Source: Octopus sinensis (taxonomy: Eukaryota). Taken from it: a stretch of 64,000 nucleotides of DNA. The position numbers were made by a program, and so were the translations under genes. The DNA is taken from assembly GCF_006345805.1 (NCBI RefSeq), contig NC_043003.1, positions 28,210,001 through 28,274,000 of the forward strand. Direction: 5' to 3'. The notes under the pieces are model-generated. The model saw only the letters and a list, made by a program, of their open reading frames with translations. It had not been told where the DNA came from and did not search any database. This document shows positions 1 through 14,453 of this stretch, one piece after another; the stretch's first letter is position 1; each line of letters starts with the position of its first letter.

Positions 1-837
1 ATGACTACTCCTCTGACAAGGGTGTACCAGGCACACGCATCACAACTATATGTGCACGACGGGCCCTTGTGATCAATAAAAGAGATCATCATTATTATTA
101 ATATCATTTGAAGAGGAAGGTGAGGGTAGAGAGGGAACTGCTGCCTGCCAGTGTGTTTATCGACAGTGACAAGAAGAGGGCACTTTCCCATGCCTTGGGG
201 ATGGCAGAGTAATCCGGGATTTTTGTGTGAGTTTTACCCCAGATTATTGCCTCGCTATTGGGGATTCTATTTATTTATTATTATTTCTTTACTTTCTTCT
301 ATAAATCCTCTTTTATATCCTTTCATGTGGTAGTATCTCCCCTAGATTGATGTTAACCTCACATGTTTTATAATTGTTTTGTACTGTAATTTGTCCTTTG
401 ATATTGTCCTCATTGTCTTGGCTCTTTGTGACCAATAAAAAAATCATTATTATAACTATTTGGAAGATACGAGATAATCGATTACATCTACTCCAGTGCT
501 CAACTGACACTATTTTATCGATCCCGAAAGTATGAAAAACAAGGTCTATCTCGGCAGTATATGAACTCAGAATGTAAAGCCGGAAGAAATGCCGCTAAGC
601 ATTTCGTCCGGCATGCTAATGACTCTGTCAGCTCACTGCCTTAATCATAAATAATTATAATAAAAGTCGTCAAACAGTACCAAGTACGTGTGTTTATTGT
701 TGGTTTAATAAAGATTAATTTAATGATTAAAACGTTAAAGAACAAACTCTTAAAAAGATAAACAAAAACAAAAACGAAAATAAAAAATAGCAAAAACAAT
801 AAAAACGAGAAGAAAGAATAACACAAGTGTTACTTAC

Positions 838-879
838 ATCAATATTCATCAAACAATGGAATATAAAGAAGAAGAGGCC
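838..879 (-). CDS. aGPCR exon 15 of 15 (end of TM7): GLFFFIFHCLMNID
   Basis: tttaaag|GGC...GAT|gtaagt; 42 nt, phase 0/0. Confidence 0.9.
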
Positions 880-1392
880 CTTTAAAAGTAAAAAGTAAAA
901 GGTGTTTAAATTTGGTAAATAAACAATATTGATTTTTAACAAGCAGGCACAAGGTCACAAAATTTAGAGAGCGAAGGTGTAGGAGATTGTATTGACCCCC
1001 ACCAGTTCTTGGCTGGTGGTTTGTTTTATTGAATCCTATAAGAAAAAGTAAAATTACACCTGACCGGGTTTGAACTTAAACTGTAAACAGACGTAATTAA
1101 AATAATCTTTTCTACTCTAGGCACAAGGCCCGAAACTTTTGGGGTGGGGGATCAGTCGATTAGATCGACTTCAGTACGCAACTGGTACTTACGCGCACAC
1201 ACACACACACAATGGGCTTCTTTCAATTTCCATCTATAAAATGCACTCACAAGGCTTTGGTCAGCCCTAGGCTATAGTACAAGAACTGAGCCCGAAACCA
1301 TGTGGTTGGGGTGCAAGCTTCTTACCACACAGCCACGTAAGATTCCACCAGAAAACTCGATGAAAATACCACAAGGTATCTTGTCTGAAATA

Positions 1393-1958
1393 TTGGGTTG
1401 TCCGGAAAGTTCGTGCCGATTTTTAAAGGAAAGAAAAAGGTCAATAAATACATGCCATTACATTTTTAATCAACCAAATAGGAACCATTTTTTTGCACAA
1501 TGCGTCTCCATCTTTCCTTTAACTTGAAAATACCCTCTTCCCAGAATTGTGGTAGTATCATGGCAAAGAATTCATCAAGGTATCTTTTTACATCATCCAA
1601 GGAATTGAAATTTTTACCATTATGACTATTCTACAGAGACCTGAATAAGTGGAAATCCGAAGGAGCAATTTCTGGTGAATAAGGAGGGTGGGGTAACACA
1701 TACCAGCCGAGCTGCAGCAATTTTTGTCTGGTTCCCAAAGCATCAAGTGCCGAAAATGAACTTTCTTATCTTCTATTTTAAAGGGTTACAGAATTAACAC
1801 AGGTTATAGGAACATAAACCTTCTTCCACGAAAAGATAGCCTAAACTGTGTTCTAAATGGATGTGTAGTCAAATCCTATTTTATGGACTCAACCATGTTC
1901 TAAAATAAATCGAAAGGAAAGCTACTATAAATCGGCACGAACTTTCCGGACAACTCAA
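1393..1958 (-). mobile_element. Internally deleted mariner element (~566 bp)
   Basis: ~30-bp TIRs (ttgggttgtccggaaagttcgtgccgattt / aaatcggcacgaactttccggacaactcaa) with TA on both sides; minus-strand remnant PHPPYSPEIAPSDFHLFRSL, the mariner catalytic C-terminus. Confidence 0.88.
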
Positions 1959-2236
1959 TAGTAATGATTCTGGTTGGAAAGATGCTACTATGTAATTAAT
2001 CCTAAGTTATAATTTAGGAGTACTCGAGTGGAAATATATCGGATACTACCATTATTCGCCTGCGACTTCATTGCGGTACATAGTTTTTATGTGGTTTATG
2101 CACAAAAGGAGAATGTAGAGGTGTGTGAGTATGTGTGTGTGGGTCTTTATATGAATGTAAGTACGTATGTATAAATGCATGTGTATGTGTGTACGTATAT
2201 ATGGACGTATGTATGTATCTATGTAAGTATATGTGA

Positions 2237-2301
<65 letters not shown>

Positions 2302-2343
2302 CTTATATCTTTAAATATAAATATTTAAATGTATCTATGAATG

Positions 2344-2377
<34 letters not shown>

Positions 2378-2572
2378 TGTATGTATGTAGGCTGGCCAGG
2401 TCGGAGCAATCTCAAGATTAATCAGCCGAAATTGCGAGGATGATCCGGTTCTTGACTGAAGATTGAAGGCTTCGAATGTCCCGTCCGTGTTTTTTGTATC
2501 GTCTTCTAAATCTTTTGCGTTCTTGTCCCAGATTGTATTTTTTTTACATATACATATATATGTATATATATA

Positions 2573-2607
<35 letters not shown>

Positions 2608-2892
2608 AAACATATATATCCACGTATATACACACACATAATTAAACTTAAAAGTTTCTGGTTTTGGGTAAAAGAAAATACAGGAAGATCAGTTAATCAT
2701 AATTCTATTCATCATATTTCCACATCAGATTCAGACACTTATTACAGCAGTCTTTCAGTTTCTCTAAGCTCTATCAAAGAACTCGAAAGGTTGGGCCTTC
2801 CACCAGGCCTTTCGCGATACCCTTAAAGTCAGGAACTTTTCAGCACCCCACCGTATATAATATATATATGCATATATATATATATAATATAT

Positions 2893-2926
<34 letters not shown>

Positions 2927-3431
2927 ATATATAATATATATAAATATATATATATATATAAAGGGAAAGTTTACGAAAATAAACAAAAGAGGAAGGCAGG
3001 TGGAGTACAACAAACAAATGTATTGGTATAGCGCTCAGGAATAGAAAAAGTCTTTTACGTTTCGAGCCTACGCTCTTCGACAGAAAGATACACAGAAAAA
3101 AACAAGGAGAGAAACAAGGAGAGAAAAAAGGAGAGAAAAAGGGAGAGAAAAAAATGCGTGTAGTAGCTAACGATCTATCATAAAGATTAGAGATTTATAC
3201 AAATCAGATTTTTATATATAAAAGATGGCGGTGGAAATAGCAGAGAAGTAAATCTAAGACTTTTGAGTTTAAGAAGGAATTTAATAAAAATGATTTTAAA
3301 AATTATATAATGAAAATATTACCGGTTTCGATGATGAATCTCATCTTATCAAATATCAGTAAAAATTTATAAAAAATTGAAGTCAAAACAGTTTATCTTC
3401 TGTCTGGGGGTCAAAAACATATATTTATAAA

Positions 3432-3869
3432 CAGGGTGCGGTTTATAAGTTGTCTTAATTATGCAAAAATGAAAATAACACTGACATCTCAGCTTAACAT
3501 ATATTTATCAAAATTACATAAAAATATCTTGAAATACTAAACAGTAAATATATTCAATAAAATCGCGGTTAGCTTCAATCACGGCCTCCAGGCGACTTCG
3601 GAATCACCTGCAGCTCTTCTGGACGGCCTCCTTGTTTAAGTTGGTAAATGCTGCTATAATTCTTGCCTTCAATTCATCTTGGGTGTTACAAAGAGTTTTG
3701 TTGGTCTCTCGCTCAACAGCGCCCCAGATGTTAGGGGTGATGTGGTCGCAGAAATTCTCTGCCAGCCATGACTGGGTTCTCCTGCTTGTGTAACATGATA
3801 CTGAGTCCTGTTCAAGCAACCACTCTCTCGACCCAGGGCAGCAATACCTCCTCCAGGCACTTGATGTAA

Positions 3870-3901
<32 letters not shown>

Positions 3902-4202
3902 TATATATATATAATATATATATATTGTGTGAGAATATATGTATACATGTTTTGGGGCCACGGCAAACACTCAGATTGACATCCAATCACTCTGAAATGT
4001 TCGAATTGGAGTTTCTGGCCAAGCAGTACAGCTTGTCGTTTCCAAATCCCTAGCAGAATGACTTGCATCATGGTGCTGTTTTTCTCACAGACGGAGCCCA
4101 ACTGACCCTACTATACTGTGTAGTCGACAAAATCAAAAACAAATCATGCACATGCGCGAAATTAAAAATATGAAATGGTGACAATTTAACCATCGCACCC
4201 TG
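3432..4202 (-). mobile_element. maT-type Tc1/mariner copy 1, internally deleted, with a microsatellite at the break
   Basis: Imperfect ends cagggtgcgg..ttgtc / gacaatttaaccatcgcaccctg; remnant SRRTQSWLAENFCDHITPNIWGAVERETNK; collinear with copies at 28767 and 53523. Confidence 0.85.
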
Positions 4203-4207
4203 TATAC

Positions 4208-4297
<90 letters not shown>

Positions 4298-4306
4298 CAT
4301 ACATAT

Positions 4307-4366
<60 letters not shown>

Positions 4367-5177
4367 TAATGGTGATATATGTATATATATATATAATACA
4401 CACACAATTATATATTCTAAATAAGTAATATATATACGCATAAATACACACATATGAACGTATATATGTATACACACACACACAGACACACACACACACA
4501 CACACACACTCACACACACTCACTCACACACACATACACTTATATAATACAGAGAAGTAAAAAGTATTCAGACACCGTCGTACTTTTGGAGAAATATTCA
4601 TTTATAAGTATCCAGCAAAGCATCTCATAAATCTAATTTATCGCTTTAATTATAATAATAATATTAATTATATTAACGAGGAAAAAAAAATCCACCCACC
4701 GCTATCATTAATCTCCGATATCTAATTTCCTGTGAAGTCAGTTTCATCCTGATTTTGATGACAACCTTATTTCTGAACATGAACGTTTAACATGCATCAT
4801 GCATAATGCTCATATATATTTACAGATATACACAAATACAGACGTGTATGTATGTATGTATGTATGTATGTATGTATGTATGTATGTATGTATGTATGTA
4901 TGTATGTATGTATGTGTGTATGTATGTGTGTGTGTATGTATGTATGTATGTATGTATGTGTGTGTGTATGTATGTGTGTATGTATGTATGTATGTATGTA
5001 TGTATGTATGTATGTATGTATGCGTGAATACATACACACATTCACATGCATACATAATATATACATTCATACATACACATATGTATACGTACACACCATA
5101 TATACATGCATGTATGAGTGTATATATACAGACACATTCACACACATATACACACGCATGTATACATATATTCTCAC

Positions 5178-5220
<43 letters not shown>

Positions 5221-5224
<4 letters not shown>

Positions 5225-7503
5225 ATCTCCATAATGCCAACTGGGATGCAATCAGGAAAGAGCTATCACATGTTGACTGGTCCTTTACACATACACACAT
5301 CTCCACCAACCAAAAAACATCTTGGCAGATCTTTGTAGACACCGTCACAGACATATGTGCAAAACACTCCCCACCAAGACCTGTGAACAAAAAGTGCAGA
5401 ATCCCCCAAAACAGAAAAACCATTATCAGTAAAATAAAAAGAACAAACAAAAAAATTAACAAACTAAAGTACTGCCAACAGCAACACACACATTCGACGG
5501 CTATCGCACTGCTTGAATCCAAAAAATATAACCTCCAACAACGCATGAAGACCCTCATCAATAACCAAAGATCAGCTGAGGAGAAGTGGGCCATTGAAAA
5601 AATCAAACTCAACCCCAAAGTGTTCTTTTCATTTGCGAGGAAACGCAGGGTCACTGTCTCCATTGTTGGCCCTCTAATTGATGAAACTGGCACTCTCCAA
5701 GATAACGCCAAATCCATGGCCGAGATACTGCAGAAACAATACTGCTCTGTTTTCAGCAATCCTGATATGGCCGATCTGGGCTGTATCAGTGATGTCAACC
5801 CCCAACACACTATATCGGACATAACGTTTAGTGCCCCTGATGTCTTAGCGGTGATAAACGAAATAAAACACAATTCAGCAGTAGGCCCCGATAGGTTCCC
5901 TGCTTGTGTCCTGAAGGTGTGTCGACACCAACTTGCATCTCCCCTTGCTAATCTGTGGAGAAACTCACTGGATGCTGGCTATATTCCAAAAAACCTTCTG
6001 TCCCAGTCTGTTATCCCAGTTTTCAAAAAGGGAAACAAGTCCCTTGCAGTGAATTACCGTCCGATCTCACCCACCTCTCATATCATCAAGGTATTTGAGA
6101 GGGTGTGAGATCTCGAATAACCCAATTTCTGGAAAGCAACAGACGGCTGATCTCCAACCAACATGGGTTCCGTAATGGAAGGGACTGCCTAACGCAGCTC
6201 CTGCATCACTTTGAGGACATTTTGAGAGCTTTGGGAGAGGGCTCCAACACCGATGTCATCTACCTTGATTTCAGTAAGGCCTTCGACAGGGTCGATCACA
6301 AGATCCTATTGAAAAAACTATCCAACATTGGTGTCTCTGGAAAGTTACTGAAATGGATCAAGTGTTTCCTGACAGACAGATCTCAACATGTTGTAGTTGA
6401 AGGGTGTAAAATCAAGCCCAGCCAAAGTCAGTAGTGGCGTTCCGCAAGGCACTGTGCTGGGCCCACTTCTTTTCATCATTTACATTAATGACATTAATGA
6501 CATCATCAAGCACAGCAACATAAAAATCTTTGCAGATGACTCCAAGCTACAGAAGGTCATAAATGAGGCGAGTGACCGGACATGCCTTCAGTCAGATCTA
6601 CTGGCTGTTATCCAATGGGCAGAAAAAAAAAATATGCTGCTGAACGAGGATAAATTTGAGTTAATCCACTTTGAAAAGAGGATGCCCTGAAACTCCCATA
6701 CTCCCTTCCTTCAGGTGAAACTCTCGCGGCGTCCAACAACATCAGAGACTTGGGAGTAATTGTGGACAACAACATAAGCTGGGCCACTCATATAAACACC
6801 AAAGTTGACATGGCCCGCAGAATGTGTTCCTGGATTCTCAGAACTTTCCAGTCGAGAGATATCCACACCATTATCCTTCTCTTCTCCACTTTTGCCCGAC
6901 ACCACCTTGAATACTGTTGTCCACTGTGGTCTCCCCACACAATACAAGGTATCATAAAAGTTGAAGCACCTCAAAGGGCAATCACAAAAAAGATAGATGG
7001 CATGACAGGCCTTGACTATTGGGGTCGACTAGAAAAGCTAAAACTCTATTCTCTCCAACGTCGTCGTGAGCGCTACATCATCTGCATGATGTGGAAAATA
7101 TTCCATCAGCATTGCCTAAATGATGTTGGCATCACCTTTAAGGTACATCCAAGGCTTGGGCCCCGTGCCATCCGCCCAAAACAAAAATCGCACTCTCATC
7201 TCATAACAACAATACGGCACAATTATTTCACCTCAATTGGCCCCGCTCTCTTTAACATTACACCAAAACACATTAAAACAGAAACTGACCCTATAGGGTT
7301 CAAGAAGTCTTTGGACAGATTCCTTCAAGAAATCCGGATAAACCCCCTACACCCGGATATGTCTCTGTAAACAATAACTCTCTACTTGAGTGGGCCATAG
7401 TGCCCAATTTCTGACTTGAAAGACTTCACCAGGTGGTGCTATTAAGTTAGACATGGCCTGGGCCAATAATGGCCGAAACCTATCAAAGTATCAAGTATCA
7501 AAG
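5221..7503 (+). mobile_element. 5'-truncated CR1-group non-LTR retrotransposon (RT pseudogene with frameshifts)
   Basis: ORFs 4852..6108 (from 5221), 6105..6434, 6397..6690, 6750..7370 give NYRPIS, NQHGFR, YLDFSKAFDRVDH, SGVPQGTVLGPLLF, FADDSKL, SLQRRRERY; short tandem tail aagtatc-aagtatc; lies within (TA)n. Confidence 0.93.
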
Positions 7504-7530
7504 TATATATATATACATATATATATTATG

Positions 7531-7584
<54 letters not shown>

Positions 7585-7789
7585 TTTACGCATTCACACA
7601 AATACAGACAAGTATATATGCACGTACGTATGCATACATGCATATGTATGCATGTATAAACAAACACATATAGATTCATACATGTGCATATATACATATG
7701 TATATACATATACATATAAACATATACGCATAGTATATATGCGCGTACATACATATTCACGCACATATATATTCATATATATATACATT

Positions 7790-7849
<60 letters not shown>

Positions 7850-8043
7850 CGCAATGACGTATGCAGACATGCTGATATATAAGCTTAATCTATAACTATG
7901 TGGCCAATAAAATATATTTTGTTTGCGCCCAAAGGCTTCGCCAAGAACCGTCTTCTAACACCGAGTTCCTTATGCTAAGAGGCTTGACAATGTTTCTCTG
8001 AAGTTTTTGGCCCAAATACACACGCACACACACACACAGACAC

Positions 8044-8090
<47 letters not shown>

Positions 8091-8391
8091 ACACACACAC
8101 ACACACGCACACACGCACACACATGTACATAGATGCACACACATACATATATATACAAATGTACGTAAAGAGATACACACACACATACATATATACATAT
8201 GTAAGTGCACACACACTCACACACACATGCACACACGTGCATGCATAAATATATATGTAAGGATACACACACACACACATGCACACACGTGCATGCGTAA
8301 ATATATATGTAGGCATACACATACACACACATATGTGGACAAGTGGCAGAAAATCTTTCGCCATTCATCTTTCTGGAGAGTAAATGTATAC

Positions 8392-8434
<43 letters not shown>

Positions 8435-8440
8435 TGTGTG

Positions 8441-8500
<60 letters not shown>

Positions 8501-9180
8501 TATAATATATACTATATATATATACATATACATATATACATACATATATACATACATACATACATATATATATATATGTATATATATGTATGTATATAGT
8601 AAGAGAGAGAGAGGGAGAGAGAGAGAGATAAACACTACATCTTGACAATAAATCACGAAATAACTGTTTCAGCCAAGTCACAAGTAAACATCATGAACGA
8701 CCGCTATATATTACTACTGGAGTACCCCGCATTTATTGCTTGACGTATATTATTAAAATTCATTACATATTTACATTTTTCTACTTAATATTGGATTGGT
8801 CGACAGAATCCGTAATTTTTTCCCCATTAAATATAAGATAGACTCGTGAGAGAGTTGTATAGAATAAGTACTAGTGTTTGCTCTGTCTCTTGGCGCTCTG
8901 AGTTCAAATGTGTTCGAAATTGAGGAAACATAAGACAACGTGATGGCCACTACAGGCAATTTGAGGGAGAATTTTTTGCTATTTCTAACAGTTAGAAATA
9001 GCAACAAAATCTCCCTCAAATTTGTCGCTAATGTCTTAAAAAAGGAGAGCATACTGCTTAGTGTCGACGGAGTTAGATAGCGTCTGAAGAAAAAGTCGTG
9101 ATGGTAACGGTAGGAAAGTCTCTGGGCATGACTTTACAAAGCTAGCCAGACTCGATCCAAACAACAACAACAACTACTGT

Positions 9181-9780
9181 GGAGGCGCAATGGCCCAGTG
9201 GTTAGGGCAGCGAACTCGCGGTTGTAAGAACGCGGTTTCGATTCCCAGACCGAGCATTGTGAGTGTTTATTGAGCAAAAACACCTAAGCTCCACGATACT
9301 CCGGCGGGGTGGGGATGAATCCCGCTGTACTCTTTCACCACAACCCACAACTTTCTCTCACTCTTTCTTCTTACTTCTGCCACAAAGCAGAGGATCCATG
9401 GTGTAACCCACTATGGTGTGGTAAACTTTTAGACTCTAGTCTAGTTTTCGAATTCTCTGTACCCGAGGATGGTTCAGCTCTCCACCCGTTAAAATCCACC
9501 GTTTACGGAATGAAGATAACAACGTAGCTTTCGCGCACGTGCAACCGCCAGTCTATCGCGTGTGGTGGGTGGATCTTCGAGTTTCCACACGCGTTCTTAC
9601 TAGCTTAGAGTAGGCTCGAATTAGAGATTATTCTTGGTGGCTAGTGGCGTGAGTCCTGATTTGAAGAAGAAGAAGAAGAAGAAGAAGAAGAAGAAGAAGA
9701 ATGAGAAGAAGAAGAAGAAGAAGAAGAAGAAGAAAAAGAAGAAGAAGAAGAAGAAGAAGAAGAAGAAGAAGAAGAAAAAG
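9181..9780 (+). mobile_element. tRNA-derived SINE with ~290-bp body and long (GAA)n tail
   Basis: tRNA-like head (tggcccagtggttag...ggtttcgattccc); full-length inverted homolog at 60225-60672. Confidence 0.8.
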
Positions 9781-9824
9781 GAACATGCCACTTTAATAAA
9801 GGAAAATGAAAGAAAACAACATAC

Positions 9825-9954
9825 CTGTAAACAATTTAGAATAGTAAATATGTAGGTGAATACCAGCGTGGAACTGGAGTCGACAGACAGGAAACCGAAA
9901 GTCCATGTAAGCCCTAATAATGGCAGTAACACTGCAGTGGCTTTAAGTCCAACT
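9825..9954 (-). CDS. aGPCR exon 14 (TM6-TM7): VGLKATAVLLPLLGLTWTFGFLSVDSSSTLVFTYIFTILNCLQ
   Basis: ttccacag|A GTT...CAG|gtatgt; 130 nt, phase 2/0. Confidence 0.95.
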
Positions 9955-11850
9955 CTGTGGAATATAAGAATCATGAAGATTAAGAAATGCGAACTGTAAT
10001 AATTCATATCTGTCTGTCTAGTAGCAACATGAGATTGTTTATACGATATTTAGTTACATGAATGTATGTGTGTGTGTGTGTGTGTGTACGTATTTTTATG
10101 TTATGTAGGATTTTTCTTTGAGTTTTATTTGAGTTTCTCTTCAGAAAGTTCACGTCGGTCGCTAACAAAGCTACAAAACTTTTTGAGTTGAGAGAGTTCC
10201 CGGCGTTAGTAAATATATGGTTGAGTTTGTGTGTTGCTTGAACTGTCAATGCCGAGGTCGACCCAAGTGTGTGCATCTGTTCACATAAGAAACTTAGATG
10301 AATTTATGCATGTATATTTGTATGTATATATGTATCTAATAACAGTTTTGCTCAGCTCCACATTACTAAGTTTCGTGGACGAGACATGAAACTAAATCAT
10401 CAGCTGTTTGGAGACAAAATGGAGCGAATTTGAAAGAAAATCTAAATGGCTCCTTGGTAAGAGCATTTAGGCCTTCATTGGTCAGCTCAGGTCCTGAAGT
10501 TATTATTGCTATCATAGTAACATCAGTTATTTTATATCTAAGTCCATGTGATCGAGTAGATAGGATGTGAGCACTTTGATCCGCAGGTGTTTTATATTCT
10601 GCCATTGTGTTGGCCAGTTTGACCAATGTGTTGGTCAGTTTGACCATTGTAGTATATCCAGGTTATCAGTGGCTAATGGTTTGAAGTATATAAAGAAGAC
10701 ATACATCTGTCGGTAACACTATGGCAGATAAATTTTTGCTATTGATGGATAGTGAGGACTGGCACAAGGCCTTAAATATGCGCAGAGTAGGGCTGGTTTA
10801 TTACATCGACTCCAACACTTTACTGCATTTTATTTGACTGCGGCTGGATTTGAACTCAGAAAGTAAAGATTCGGGACAAATTTCCTTAAAGCATATTTTA
10901 CCTACGACTTAATGATTCATTGTCCTGGCTGGTAGAAATAATTCGTAGAAGTCTGGTGGAACTAATTGTTTCCAACACAAGCTTGTAATTTTGTGGAAAT
11001 TTTGATTGAATATTTCGATCCCACTACTTGACTGTGGTAAGAATAATAGTATCTGATTTAGGTAGGAGATTAGCAATTATGAGGATTCGAAATCGCAAGA
11101 AACACTGCGGACCGATGATCTTACGATACATCCAATCCGTTACAAGACTGTAGTTGGAATAAATGTTTCAAATTTTAACTCAACGTCAGTAATTTTGAAG
11201 GGAGGAGATAAATTGACACCGTCAAACCCAGAATATTACTGGTACTTCATGTTATTGTCCCCAAAAGAACGAAAGGCAAATTTGAACGTCAGCGAAATTT
11301 GAATTGAAAACGGAAAACACCAGAATAAATATTGCAAATCACTTTTTCCAACGCCCTAATGCTTCTTCCATCACTTCAACTTAACAAATATAATAAAAAA
11401 TGTTTCTAACTTAGATATAAGACCATCACCCCGAACGAGTGAAAGCGTCATCTCACCTCGGTGAGATTCGAACTCAGAATATAAAAAGCTGGAATAAATT
11501 TTGTAAACTACTTTTTCCGACGCTCTAACGATACTGCTTTAACTGTTTCAAGTTCTTCGTACCAGGCCAGGGGTTAGTCGATGCCAAAAGACTTCAGTAC
11601 TTGGTTGATACTGTATTTTATTGACTTTAGTATGACGAACAGCAAATTTGAGCTCAGCGACGCTCGATCCCAGGAAGCGAAGAGCCGTTGCTAAATACCG
11701 CAATGGATTTTTTTCGGTGCTCTACCGATCCTACCAGTTCACCGCGGTATCTTTAGTAGAAATAGTAAAAGAGAAAACAAAACAAAAACAAAAACAAAAA
11801 CAAAAAAAAAAAGGATAAAACAAAAAGTGCTATTTGCAGCCATAGCTTAC

Positions 11851-11945
11851 CGTACAGCAGATGTCTCTTCAGCAATAGCTCGGTGGGAAGATCGAAATGA
11901 ACGCAGCATAACTCGAATGACGATTGCCAACACTATAGTGTTTAG
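11851..11945 (-). CDS. aGPCR exon 13 (TM5-ICL3): LNTIVLAIVIRVMLRSFRSSHRAIAEETSAV(R)
   Basis: ttctgtccag|CTA...CG|gtaagc; 95 nt, phase 0/2. Confidence 0.92.
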
Positions 11946-13216
11946 CTGGACAGAAGAAATAGAAGAATGAAAGATTGAAAGAGATAAATAAATCAATGAG
12001 TGAATGAATGAACTGTTTTCTCAATGGCTTTAGGCTCGGATGCAAAAAAAGAGACAAAAACAAAACATCGGTCAGGGCTCCAAGTGACGTCAACAGACTA
12101 CTAAACACGATGTTTCGGCGTGATTTTGCCCCTTCGGTGGAAGATACTACTTCGGTCATCTGAAGCTAAGTCAGATCATTTCCTCTTAAATATAAAAAAC
12201 AGCCAACCCACTCACCATCATCCCTATTGTTTTGTTTGTTTTCTAAAGGGGTTGGTTGTGGTTTGCTGGTGAGTGCCCACGGTCTAGTGTGTGCGAAGGT
12301 GTTTAAAACAAAAATAAGTGTTCACATAGTTATACTGATCATCGCTGCTTCGTGAACTTGTTCTAAATTGTGATTTTTAGAGAGGAAATTTAACGGAATT
12401 TCGAATCAGGAATCTTTCTTTTTGAATAAAGTCCGCACCCACGAAGCCACTGAGAAACCTAACATGTTATGTCAGTTTCCACAACACCACTATTACAGTT
12501 GCTATCAATGCAACCACATACAGTCACCAGCATATTACGGCTACCGTCACGTACGACGACGACAACAACTACCACCACCGCCGCCGCCGCAGCCTCATAC
12601 CACTACCGCTGCAGCCTCATAGTACCACCACCATCGCAGCCTCATAGCACCACCACCACCGCACCCTCATAGCACCACCACCACCACTATCACCACCTTC
12701 ACCACTACTACCTCCGCCCCACTTCCGATCGGTAACACTACCACCACCATCGCTCGCACAACATCCAAGTAAATCCACCATCATCACAACCTCCACCACT
12801 ACCACTACGAATATCACCGCCGACCACAACATAATACCAACACCAACAAGTCCACCACTACCACAATCACAAGCACCGTCATAACAGCTACATACACTAC
12901 CACCACCACCACCACCACCACCACCACCGCCACTACTACCACCGCCGCCACCGTCACCGACATCAGTATGAACAACCAACAGATACACAAGTAGGCACAG
13001 AGACTGAGTCGGTGAATTACTATTACAGCTAAAATATTACTTCTGTCATGAATAAAGTCTCACATTTGTAGATAGAAAACGCACCGATCGGAAGTTACAA
13101 GAGAGAGGGCGAGAGGAAGAGAGAGAGGGGGGAGAGGGAGATAGAAAGAGAGAAGTAGAGTGAGAAAGAGAGGGCGTAAGGAAATAAGTATGTAAACTGT
13201 GATTTGGTTGACTCAC

Positions 13217-13280
13217 CACTATCACCAGGGCAACCGTTGGCACAAACAAAACTAGCAGACTTGAACTTGTCATCCAGCAT
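13217..13280 (-). CDS. aGPCR exon 12 (ECL2-TM5): CWMTSSSLLVLFVPTVALVIV
   Basis: ttccaaacag|A TGC TGG...GTG|gtgagt; 64 nt, phase 2/0. Confidence 0.92.
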
Positions 13281-13393
13281 CTGTTTGGAAGAGAAATATT
13301 GAAACGGTATATATGTGGGTGTATAGCAAATATATATATATATATAGACACGTACACACACACATATAAACACTATATATATATATATAATAT

Positions 13394-13437
<44 letters not shown>

Positions 13438-13773
13438 TATATATAAATATATATATATGTATATATGTATATATATATACATATATATATACATACGTAT
13501 AAAGGTATATACATCTACACAAACGTACATATATACATGATGCAGGTAGGGAAACACACACTATATATAGACACAAATATACATGCGATTAAAACCTATC
13601 TACACATTTGCATACATACATACATACATACATATACAGGCATGCACACACACAGTGGATATACATCTAGATTTTATCTGTGTGTGTATACCTATATATG
13701 TGCATATATACACAGACACACTATATATATGGATATATATACAAGCATAAAAATATAACTACGTGCGCCAAGT

Positions 13774-13807
<34 letters not shown>

Positions 13808-14411
13808 CATGCATTCCAGTCATGACCTTCCAGATGGTTATCATGCATAGTGTACCAGAACTAATTATTCTAAGACAACATGCACAAAAGTGTTGAAACA
13901 AAGTAAGACGACGAATAGAAAAGCTCCAGCTGGGACGTTTCTTCGTTGGGTGTGTCCAAATGAGCCTACTCGACTCACAGCATCTCGCCGCCAGCTATCG
14001 AAACTTAATAAGGCTTGTAGTTATTGGAGCCTTAGCTTACACCAGGAGGGTAAGCAAATGTGATTACACACACTAGCGCACAAATATACGCAGACATGTT
14101 CATGTTTATATACATACATAAACGTATGTATGTATGTATGTATGTATGTATGTATGTATGTATGTATGTATGTATGTATGTATGTCTTTGTGTATGTATA
14201 TATATGTCTTTACCTTTATATACATGTATATGTGTACACAAATATACATGCGCGTACATACATAAGTGGCATGGGAAAAGAAGGGCAATGCATATACATA
14301 TATGATATGAATGTACGCTACATATATACATGTATATGTAAGTGTGCATTTATGCATTACATACATACATACAAGCATACATACATACACACATACATAC
14401 ATACATACATG

Positions 14412-14453
<42 letters not shown>

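Noticed and set aside
2450-2485. CTGAAGA...CGAATGTC motif
   Set aside because: Stem II is not foldable and it reads GAAU instead of GAAA
9181-9255. tRNA gene calls at SINE heads
   Set aside because: They run into SINE bodies and lack a complete cloverleaf; they are tRNA-derived SINE heads
10345-10415. Minus-strand CTGATGA...GAAAC..GTA hammerhead-like pattern
   Set aside because: No stem II pairing and the first stem I pair is mismatched; likely chance
10004-10647. ORFs 10004..10276 and 10366..10647 as receptor exons
   Set aside because: No phase-compatible donor/acceptor pair; exon 13 joins exon 14 directly
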